A DNA stretch of 64,000 nucleotides from Geosiphon pyriformis uo1 (lineage: Eukaryota > Fungi > Glomeromycota): the NCBI GenBank assembly GCA_016748015.1, contig JAAOMT010000009.1, forward strand, positions 204,459 to 268,458. Reading direction: 5' to 3'. This document shows, in pieces, positions 1 through 11,009 of this stretch (positions are counted from its first letter, which is position 1; each line of letters opens with the position of its first letter). The translations under genes and the position numbers were made by a program. The notes beneath the pieces were generated by a model. It was not told the DNA's origin. It did not search any database and was given only the letters and a program-made list of their open reading frames with translations.

Positions 1-1395
1 CGCAGAGTTTCAGCAATTGCTCAGGTAGTCATGGCTGTTGAGTACTCTAGTAAGCTTTAATGGATTTGTTCTCCAAGTTTTCTTGTATCAGTTGTGCGGC
101 CTAACAAGCAGTTAATTTTTGCATTGATATAATTACAAAAATTACTTTCTGCATAAGCAGTTTCTGCTAGTATTCCTAAGTTTTTTCGAAAGTATTGAAA
201 TAGTGCTTTTTTGTACAAGAAGTGGTCCTTTCTTATTGTTCCAATAGTTTCCATTTTTATGTATTTTTGGGGGTGCTCTGTCTCTGTGGATTTATAATCT
301 TACAAGAAGCACCAAATGTTACGAATAAACTTGGTAGGTATGGGAAATAGTAATGTTTAGTGCTCTCAATTATTGATGATACATCTTCCATGTAATTTTG
401 TTGGCTTAGTCTTGATTATCAGTCTCTGAAAGTCTATTCCTGGATGTGAATTTATCCATTGAGTTTTTTGGTTATAAGGCACAGAGTTTGTCTTTTGTCA
501 ATTGCAACATTTTTTGTAAATGTGAACTTTCTTTTCCAAGCTAACAAGCGCAGTTGTTAGGGTCTGGTGTTGTCTTTTCACCCTTCTGGTAAGCTAACAA
601 GATAATGTTAATATTCAAAACTTAGGGGGAGCTTCCCTCTTTTACCAGGCTATTACAAAGTTTATTCCCAGACAGTCGATTTTATTATATTGCTGCTCCA
701 CAAAAAATAAGACAGAAAAAGAAAGAAAAAGAAAAAGAAAAGAAAAGAGAGAAAAGATAAATTAGTATCATCAATTGCCGTAATCAAGAGCGATTAGTCC
801 AAATTGTTAATAGGTTTAAGGCGGTTATGCTAAGAGCATCTGTCCTAGAATGGAGGTACGAGACAAGGGTTAATTAACGTAAATTCCACGAAGTTTGAGA
901 ACATGAATTCGTGATTCTGATTTTTTTTAATAATTGGTTTTATTTCAGGAGCTAAAATAGGGAAGATAATAAAAGATGAAGGGGTATGGATATTTAATTC
1001 TTGTCTAGAGGTTTGTATCTATCTGTTTCCCTTTTCTCACTTCTACAACTACTTGCTTTTATACATTCTTTTGGTTTTACAGGATTGCTTTCAATTGTCT
1101 CACTATTGCTAGCTATTGCTTTGTTGTTTCTGTTATTACTTCGTTTTTCTACATTATTGCTAGTTATCCTATGTTATAATACGTTATCTGATATTATTAC
1201 ATGTTATTTTGTGTTATCTTGCATTATAACATGTTATCCTATGTTATTGCACACTATTCTGTGTTATCCTGCATTATAACACATTATCCTATATTATAAT
1301 GTGTTATTCAACATTATTGCACATTATTCTGTGTTATGTTACGTTTTGGTCACATTTCTTCATAACTTTGGATTAATTTTTCTACTCAGGTAACA
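1..1395 (-). mobile_element. 5' end of a Ty3/Gypsy LTR retrotransposon (element X: 5' LTR, PBS, start of gag), inserted into element A
   Basis: LTR 317..1395 has TGTTAC...GTAACA termini and is followed on the minus strand by PBS TGGTGCTTCTTGTAAG (299..314). ORF 57..254 (ALFQY...FCNYINAKINCLLG) resembles the gag N-terminus of element C (SLFQY...FNCYINKRITYLLG, ~11.1-11.2 kb). Element A coding sequence resumes at 1396. Confidence 0.8.
317..1395 (-). repeat. 5' LTR of element X (~1.08 kb) with degenerate ~20-bp tandem repeats at ~1150-1345
   Basis: Terminal inverted TGTTAC/GTAACA, adjacent PBS, repeated cacattattctgtgttat-like units. Confidence 0.75.
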
Positions 1396-1986
1396 ACGAG
1401 CATTGTGATGATTAGAAGAATATCCCCATGATGAAAATGAATTATGGAGAATGGTGTATGTGAAAGCAGAAGGTGCGACCACCAGTAAACTATTAAAGAT
1501 TAAAAACAACCTTCTATCTCTTCCTGAACCCGAATATGTCCAAACTTTTGACATCTTTAGCAACATTAAAGACAACCTAGAATAATTTTATGAACATTAC
1601 CAGCATTTGGCACCTACTAAGAAAGAACAGGAACAGTGTTTAGAGCAGTTAAACACTTGATTATGTCAATATTGCTTAATTCCCTGTGATTTTCAGTATT
1701 GTAATGAGTGTGACTTTATTTACAATCTACCACCATGCATAATCTACACAATCCCAGAAGAAGATAAACCAATAAGCAACTGTGCATCAGAATTGGAGTC
1801 AACTTTCAATCCTGATCAAACTCCAACAATGACAATAACAAAAACAACAGTTCCAGTTCTGCTCTGAATAGCAATGAAATTTACAATGATTCAAACTTCA
1901 ATTCAAACCCCGAAACATTTATCACACTTTCTGATCTCACTAAGAAACAGGAACTTAAATGGTTCAGCAATAATGGCAAAGGTATC

Positions 1987-2622
1987 ATGCCAAAGCATGT
2001 ACATAATACTGATGCAGAGTTTAATCTGAGGTATCCAGGGAAAGATGCTATCAAATTAGAGCCACATTCACGCACTTGCATTGATTTGAAAATAGCATTG
2101 GAAATACCAGCAACAACCATGGTTCAACTATCTTCCAGAAGTAGTTTAGCAAAAAAAGGGATTACTATAAGAGGAGGAATAATTGATGCCAAATATGTGG
2201 GAAATATTATGGCAATGCTACAAAATGACTCAGAAAAAATCTATATCATAGAACCCAATGAAAAGATAGCACAGGCAATATTCTTGTTTCTGGTTAGAGT
2301 AGCTCAGTTAATATTAGTGAGAAAAAGAGAAGAATTAGGAATAACAGCTGAAAGAATACAGGGATTCGAATTCATGGATAGAATAGATGTACCAGTCAAT
2401 ATGGCAGAAGAAGAAGTAATTGGCCAAAGAGAAATTATCTCAACTGGTCAAGTAATTTCTATTCCACCATATGACCAGTACATGGTAATTATAGAGAAAA
2501 AAGTGAAAGATAAGGATCAGATTTTTGAAGCAGAAACAAGCCTTTGTGAATTAGGAGAGATCAGACTCATCAATCTCTACATACCAGCCAAAAACCACAA
2601 CCATATCAAAATTCCCATTTAA
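1987..2622 (+). pseudogene. Retrotransposon-encoded dUTPase (element A) followed by a degenerate dUTPase-like spacer domain
   Basis: dUTPase motifs DAEFNL (AGxDL), SRSSLA, GGIIDAKYVGNI, EKIAQAI, RIQGFEF (RG..GFGS). Confidence 0.85.
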
Positions 2623-2741
2623 AACATTACAGAAGATGTTATCACAATACCAGAGGAAACCATTGTTGGATATATAAGCACTGAATTAAAAAATCAACCA
2701 CCAAGCATTATTCCAAACTTTCTACAGCTATGTGGATATGT

Positions 2742-3615
2742 TGTTACAGTTTAAGAATTTAGCAAAAGAATCATAAAAATAATACAAACTATTCAATCAT
2801 AATATAGCGCAGTAATAATCTTAGAAAGGTAATGATTAACATAGTAGCAAACACCATCTCGTGATAGTGGCAAGCACTAATTCACAATAGCAGCCAACAC
2901 CAATTGGTGATAGCAGCAAACACCAGATTGAAATATCAAAAAGAAAGTATTACAATGTGTTTTCTCATAGAACTACAAACATGTATATATACAGTAGCTT
3001 TAATATTGGGAAAAAACAATCAAGTAATAAAAATCATAACTTATCAAGCAATAGATCCAATTTTATCTAACAAACTCCACTTTAAATCGTACTTTCAAAT
3101 TAAATATCCCAAGAAACCTTTAAATCAAAAAAAAATGAAAAAGAATATTTAAAACTGAATTATCACAACCCAAAGTATTAAAAAACTTACTTGTATTATT
3201 TATTGAATGAAACTATCATTCATCAGCTGAATCTTTTGAAAGAATAATTCTTAATTAAGATTATTCACGTTGTTACTAATTGATAAAAGCCTTATTGTAA
3301 GAATTAGGAAAAGCATTAAAGGCCATTAACATTCTGTGTTTCTAGATTAGAGAAACACATCAGGCAATTGTAAGGATAGCCTCAGAAAAAACCTCAGACA
3401 GTGGGTAGATTTCAGTTTAGCCTCTGAGAAGGAATACATAAACACACACAACAATCAAGAATCAAGGAATAACTTACATTGTGACATTAAAAAAAAAGTC
3501 TTTAGTATAACAGTAACATTATCACACAAATAAAATTGAGGAATTCACAAAAGACTGATTGCAATTAAAACAGAATATCAGCAATTAAATATAACAAGAA
3601 GACCATTTTGTAACA
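2742..3615. mobile_element. Solo LTR (874 bp) inserted into pol of element A
   Basis: TGTTAC...GTAACA termini; flanks ATGT and ACAT (4-bp TSD, both derivable from ACGT). Removing it restores LCGYVNITLQTI, collinear with LCEYVDIILQTI in element C (~23.36 kb). Confidence 0.85.
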
Positions 3616-3619
3616 ACAT

Positions 3620-6500
3620 GAATATCACGTTACAAACAATCTACAGACGAAATAAATGTTATTTGCTCCAACCAAAACAATTAGAACAAATGAACATGGG
3701 AAATTTGGATCCACTCCAATGTATACAACTCAAGATATTATTCAACAACTTTAATGACATCTTTGCTAGTGAAAATAAATTTGGCAAAACAAACATTATT
3801 TAACATCAGATCAAAACTGAGGATGCTATGCCAATTAAACAATGAGCATACAGAGTACCACCAGCCAGCATGAGATTATCTATCAAGAGATCAACCGAAT
3901 GCTTGACAATGGGCTAATTCAGCCATCTATGAGCCCATGGTCATTACCAGTGGTACTTGTCTGGAAGAAGAATGGAAAGATCAGATTTTGTGTGGACTAC
4001 AAAAAACTCAATGGAGTCACCCATGGAGACAGCTATCTAACTTCACAAATCCAGGAGCTATTCAATGCTTTTGGAAAAAATAAATGGTTCTCAACACTGG
4101 ATCTGGACAGTGGATACTGGCAGATAGCCATGGATCTAGCAGACAAAGAAAAAACAGCTTTTATGATGAGAAAAGAGAATTTCGAATTTGAAGTCATGCC
4201 ATTCGGCTTGATGAATGCTCCAGTCACATTTTAACAGCTAATGAAAATAATATATACTGGCTTATTGTAGAAATCAGTAGTCATCTATTTAGATGACACC
4301 AATGTGTTCTCCAAAACATTCGATGATTATTTGCATTATCTACAGTAAGTGTTTGAAAGACTACAATGAGCAGAGCTAAAGTTAAATGCCAATAAGTGCT
4401 TCTTTGGCAAGACAGAATTAAACTTTTTAGGGCACATAGTAAGCAAAAACAGCATCAAAATGAATCCAGAAAAGATAGAGATAGTTAAGAACTTTCTAGT
4501 ACCAACCAATATAACAGAGTTGAAGTCATTCTTGGGATTTGCAGACTATTATTGATGCTTTATCAAAAATTTTTCTAAGATAGCCCAACCATTCAACCAT
4601 CTCCAAACCAAGAATGTGAAATATGAATGGACAGAAGCACAACAAAAAGCTTTTGATATTCTAAGAAAAAAGCTTATACAAGCTTCAGTACTGATTTATC
4701 CAGATCACAATAAACCATTCATTATTATCACTGATGCATTAGGCCAAGTATTGGGAGCAGTACTATCACAAAAAAGACCAGATGGAAGAGAACATCCAGT
4801 CACATATGTCAGCTAAGGTTTAACTCCAGCTGAAAGAAATTATAGAACACCAGAACTAGAACATTTAGCAAATTATTGAGCAGTTATGAAATAGGAAAAA
4901 TACTTGAGCCAGAAGTTTGAAGTGTATACAGATCACAAAAGACTGACATCACTCCAAAAACAAGAATTTGAAGATGGCAGACAATCCAGATAGAAAATGG
5001 CACTCTCATCATATACTTATACCATACATTATAAAAAAGGAAAAAACAACAAAAATGCAGACAGTTTGTCACAAATAAGACAAATCTAAGAACATTTCAA
5101 CCCAAAAAATATAACAAAACCAAACCAAATCCAACGAAAATATAACAAAAGATAAACACACAAAAATACCAACAACTCAACAGTTTAAGGAGAAATTATC
5201 TTAATTGGAATGAAATAGTATCAAATAACAATCAAAATACTTTATCACTCACCAAAACATACTTTATCAAAAAAATAGACAAAATTCAGATTAACCGATT
5301 AGAGTAGTTACAGAATCAGAAAAAGAAACAATACTGTTCAACATGCATTCAGATCCAACAGCAAAACATTTCCACAAAGAAGCAACCATAAAAAGAACCA
5401 GAAAAAGATACTATTGGTCATCAATATATTCAGATATCATCCAATATGTCCAAAATTGTGATTCTTGTCAAAGAAGAGGAGAAACAAAACCCAGTAAACT
5501 ATTAAAACCAATCAAAGTGAGACAACCATTTGATCACATTGGAATTGACTTAGTCAGACCATTAACAATTACCAGCAGAGAAAATAGATATATTGCAGTA
5601 GTCATGGACTATCTTACTAAATGGCCAAAAGCAAAAGCAATTTAAAAAGTGAATGCAGAATCTGTTGCTGAATTTGTTTATCAAGAACTGATTTGTTGAC
5701 ATGAATGTCCAAAAAAATTATTATCAGATCAAGGAACTCACTTTGTGAACAGAACACTAGCAGAATTGAGCCAAATATTCGAAATTAAAAGACCACTATC
5801 ATCACCATATTATCCACAAACAAATGGTTTAATTGAAAGATTTAATAGAACATTGTATGAAGCAATTGCCAAACTCAGCCAAGAAAACCAGGACAAATGA
5901 GATTTGTTTATACCATCAGTACTATTTGCTTATCGGACAATAAAGCAAGACACTACACAAGCAACACTATTTGAATTAGTATATGGTAGAACAGCAACAT
6001 TACCAGTCAAGATAGAAGTTAACACTTATCCAACAGAACCAATAACTGAAGACAATTTTCAGAAAACATTGCTAAGAAGAACATATGACTTGATAGAAAC
6101 TCTAGAAAACAAGTGACGAAGAGCAGCTGATAACATCCAAAAGTCACAAGAGAAACAAAAAGAGAAACATAATAACCAACTACCAGACAAACCAGTTGAA
6201 TTTAAGATTGGAAACAAAGTACTTCTACATCATACTAAAGCAGAAAAACAATGGAGTAGAAAATTTGATCCCAAATGGGACAGACCATTCCACATTGAAG
6301 AAATTCTTGGACATGGAGCTTATAAATTAAGATTGAACAACAAAATCTTGATCAAAGCAGCACATGGTGATTGACTGAAATTATATCACCAAATAACATT
6401 ATCATCTACCAATAACATTCCACAATTAGGAGTACAACAAATACTAGTTCAACCAGACAAAATTTCATGAGATCTAGAACCAATTATAATCATTGGACCA
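3620..6500 (+). pseudogene. pol (RT-RNase H-integrase) of element A
   Basis: ORF fragments 3842..4234, 4616..4816, 5343..5645 and 5904..6116 in Gypsy domain order. Confidence 0.9.
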
Positions 6501-7216
6501 AACACATAAAATCAAACAATAAAAAAGTATATAAAGACACAGTATATGTGACAAAAGCAACCAAAAAAAATGGAAATACCAGATCATATTCACATGATAG
6601 CTCAACAATTGTTTCAGGTCTTAAGTCAACAACAGTTAGATATAGAAATTATCATTAATAATCAAACTATTTGCTATCAAAACACCAGGAGAAAGACAAA
6701 GAATACACTATATTAGCGACCACCAAAGAATAATAAAAACTGGTCAGATAAGGTAGTAGAAAAAGTAAAGAACACTTTTGGAAAAATACTTACTATGGTA
6801 CCAACTAAAAAGCTTACAAAAAAAAATTGGAAGCAATGGACAAACAACTTCTAATATTATACTGTTACTACCAGTTAGGACAAAAGTTAAATATTCAAGA
6901 GTTGTATATTGACAAATCCAAGAGAGTATTTAACCAAAATATAATACAGCAAATTGAAGAATTTATTGAAAAAAAAACAAACTCGACACTACATGTAAGA
7001 ACAATTTATCAACTACACAACATATTTCAGAACTATCCAGAAATACTGTTACACTCTGACATAGAAACCATAACCATTAACCAATAGGAAAGAATGAACA
7101 ATACACAAGTAGAAGACATGAAGAACAGAGTCAAACAAACAATACTTGAAAAAGAAGTATTAGAATTAATTCAAAACGAAGATTTTGATGGAGCTCAATA
7201 TTAAAGAAGGAGATAA

Positions 7217-8084
7217 TATTACTCATAAAAAGAAAATAGATATGGAAAATAGCAGACCAATAAGAGAATAGTATTTAGCACATGAGCACATTGCTCAGCA
7301 ATGTAGAGCAATATCAAAAATCATGGCACATTGCTCAGCAATGTAGAGCAATGTCAAAAAACATGACACATTGCTTAGCAATGTGAAGCGATGTTAGAAA
7401 ATTAGAGCACATTGTTCAACAATGTGAGCATTGCTCAAAAAATCATAGCACATCACTCGGAAATGTGAGCAATCTCATAGAACATCAATTATGTATATAT
7501 AGCAGTAGCATTAGAAGTAGAAAAAAACAGAATCTTTTAGTTAGAAATCTCTCATTCACAAATATTGAATAAATAAATTATTTACCATCCAAATTCATTC
7601 TTTACTATCAAGACTTCATGTTGATAGCAATTAATACTTAACCACAATAGAACAATAGCTCTTGATCATGGCTATTGACAGATACTAACTTGTGCATTGT
7701 CTTGGCTTATTTCTTTATTTTATTTTTTTTTTCTTTTATTTTTGATTTTGTTATTACTAACTCTATTGAGGATTAACATGCGGGATACTGATGTCAGAAT
7801 ATAGTACTGGTAAAAAACCCAAGAATAAGAGTAGGACACTTGATTAAGGATAGCTTACCAGGAGGAATACCGGCCATCAAGCTGAAAAAGAAATTGACGA
7901 AACTGTAGTTTCAGGAAACTACAGATAAAATTATTACCACTGAATCTCTGTCTATTATACAAAAGACTCAACCAACACCTTCAGATAAACACACCTTCAG
8001 ATATTACCAACAACATTATATCAATTGAGCACCAAGTTACAGGTTTGTTATTTGCTTTGAGACCCCAATTAATTACCTGTAATA
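7217..8084 (+). repeat. 3' LTR of element A
   Basis: Follows the PPT; begins TATTAC (decayed TGTTAC) and ends CCTGTAATA; both ends are similar to the element C LTRs. Confidence 0.8.
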
Positions 8085-10093
8085 ACAATATGCAAAAAAC
8101 TATGAAGTAGTTATAAAAGAAGCAAACTGCACAAAGCTTATAAATCTTGCTATGAAAAAAACCAGCTTAGCAGCTAAAAAGAAAATAAACTAATTTACAA
8201 AAAAGGTTGAAAACTATTTTACTAATCAACAACAACAGCAACAACCACAAAAATATTAATCTCTACAACAATAAAACCAAAGTGGTTTTTCATTATCATT
8301 ATTTAACAACCAACTTTAGAATTGTCATTATTGTGGAATTTTAGAATATTGAAAACAAGATTACTGAAAAATACAAAGAAACCAACAGCAAAGAAATAAT
8401 TAATGCTATTCTTAATCTTAGCAATTCTATTACTAACTTCTACTATCAACTTATTACTCACAAAGATAACAAAATTAAAACAGTTACTATTAATCTATTT
8501 CACAACTAATACAGCAGCAATATCAGCAACCTCTACTAATTTAGCAAGATTAATTACCATTTACTCAACAATATCAAGTACTTGCTTGAAGATTGGTTTA
8601 ACAAAACCAATTTACATCTCAAAATTGTTTTTAGAATAACAACCACAGAATTAATTCAAACAACCAGTTGGTTCTCTGAAATTCTGTTTAGCAAAGATCT
8701 AATTATTATTATACACAATCCAGTTATTTAACAATGCCTGAAAATTTGAAGCAAATAAATCACCATTCTTGCTTAGTAATGCAGCAGTCAACAAACAGAA
8801 AGCAATTGCAGCAATATATACAAAAGCTAAAGTAGAAGAAAAACCAATTCAATTAATCTTAGACAATAAATCTGCTGATAGTATTATTACCTATCAATTA
8901 ATACAACAACTTCAATAAACTGTTAACAGGTCTGCCCAGACAATTATTGTCACAGCTAATGAAATAAAAAAAACTCCAGTAAAAAAAATCAACAACTTTC
9001 TTTTTACCATTGATAAAATTATTATTTCAATCAAGATTCTTATTATGGATGTACTTCAATATCAAGCTTTTATCAAAAATAATTGGTTTCTTAAGGCCAA
9101 TGCAAATCTAGATTAAAAAACTCAGGAATTAAAAATCTTATACCAAAGACAATACACTTAAGTATTTGCTACATGTAGTATTTTTAACAAACAATTGAAA
9201 AAAGTCCCAGTGTTCAAATTTTAAAAAAAAAAATGCCAATTACCAAAACATATATAGCTTTTAAATTAACATTTAATTGGACTAAGGAAATAAAACAAAA
9301 AATCTTTGAAAAAACCAGAAAATAAAACATTGTTCAATATTTTATACCAGAACCACAAAAACAACCAGCTTATATTTTACTTAAGTATAAAGATTGCAAT
9401 AAAAAACTTTTATTGATGGAAGCATACATATCCTCAAAAGAAAAATATAAAACACACCTGCTATTTTTGCAAAACATGCTATAAAGAATGATTCAGATAC
9501 TTCAGATACTCCAAACAAAATAGAAAATGGGACAATATCTTATGTTTTATGTGAAAAAATACTATCAGAAAAATGCAACTGAATTAATGTTGTAATGAGA
9601 AAAGAAGTCTGTAATCAAATCTGACAATATGTATTTTCAATTGCAGAGAAAATAAAAAAAGAAACTTTTTTTGATGCAGCATATAATAGTGCTTTTAATA
9701 AACTCTATTATTACTCACACAATACTAAAATAATCTATAAATTAATCATAGTTTTAATTAATAAAAAAACCCAAAAAGATGTATGCCAAATAAAAAAAGC
9801 AAAATACATTAAATATACAATAGAATTAGCTAAATTTAATTATAAAAATAAAGTAGAAATCTATGATCAAATCACAAGTCATATCTATCTAACCAAAAGA
9901 ACTTAAATTCAATAACTAAAGCAAATGAACATTCAGCTATGTAAAGAATGTACTATGTTTTGTAATGACCAATAATGTTTAGAATGTTATGCAATTAGCA
10001 TTTTTCTGCTCAGTGAAAATAATGAATACAAAATTGAATTTGGAAAACTTAAACCAAAAAAAAAATTGCAACAACTCCAATTTACTTCATCAA
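8085..10093 (+). mobile_element. Ty3/Gypsy element B, left segment (gag end with CCHC, protease, Cys-rich region); heavily decayed
   Basis: Decayed zinc knuckle CHYCGI (~8323), protease-like IQLILDNKSA (~8848), Cys pairs at 9.4-10.0 kb; frame continues at 27882 after element C. Confidence 0.7.
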
Positions 10094-11009
10094 TATTATT
10101 TATAAAGAAAATATATAAAAAAAAATAGTAAGAAAACAGATAGATCAATAGGAGAGTAATAGTTAACATGTAAGCATATTGTTTAACAATATGGAGCAAT
10201 GTCAGAAATTATAGCACATTGCTTAACAATGTAAAACAATATTAGAAAATTAGAACACATTGCTCGGAAATATAAATGATCTTATAGAACCTAAATTATA
10301 TATATATAACAAGAGTATTAGAAGCAAAAAAGACAGAATCAGTACCAAAACCTTTTAATTTCAGACTTTTTTTTCTATCTATTTACTAATCACTTTACAG
10401 ATAGTTTATATCTACTGAAATAAAATTATTAAATATTAATAAAATACTTATTCATATCTAATTTATGTTGCTATCACTTGATTGAGAAATCTTTATCAAA
10501 AACTCTGATTATTAACACTTCATATTAATAGCTGTTAATACTTAACCATACTGGAACAATAGCTCTTAATCATGGTTATTGATGAGATACTAACTTTAAT
10601 TGCTTTGGTTTATTTTTCTTTATTCTCTTTATTTTCTTTTCTTTCTTTTATTTTCTCTTTTATTGTTGTATACTAATTAATTAAAGATTAAGCACTGAGT
10701 TATTGATGTTAAGGATTGCCTGGTAAAAGACCCCTGCAAGTGGATAAAACATGTAAGAAATACAAATTGCATACCAGAAGATTGCCAACTACCAAGCCAA
10801 GAAAAAAATTGATAAAATTGTGATTCCAAGAGACTACTAAAACAACTATTGAATCTCTGTTCATTATATAAAAAACTCAACCAAAACCTTCAGACTATGG
10901 AAACCTTTAGATAACAAAACCTTCAGATATTACCAACATAATTTATCAATTGAGCACCAAGTTATGGGTTTGTTACTTAATTTAAGACTCCAAATAATCA
11001 CCTATAATA
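10094..11009 (+). repeat. 5' LTR of element C
   Basis: Direct repeat of 26946..27881, followed by the PBS. Confidence 0.9.

Larger units (their letters stand above)
1396..8084 (+). mobile_element. Ty3/Gypsy element A, 3' portion: Cys-rich region, dUTPase, RT, RNase H, integrase, extra ORF, 3' LTR; decayed
   Basis: dUTPase ORF 1987..2622; RT motifs (SPWSLPVVLV, RFCVDY, LDLDSGYWQI, MPFGL, YLDD at ~4286); RNase H (IITDA..LGAVLSQ); integrase HHCC and core (5343..6116); PPT aaagaaggagataa before the LTR at 7217. Many premature stops. Confidence 0.9.

Noticed and set aside
1001-1279. Hydrophobic membrane-protein-like ORF; also the paired ORFs 15067..15294 and 22083..22310
   Set aside because: They lie within LTRs and arise from T-rich or repeated sequence
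7285-7470. Regularly spaced palindromic repeats resembling a CRISPR array
   Set aside because: The intervening sequences are themselves repeated, the array is inside an LTR, the context is eukaryotic and there are no cas genes
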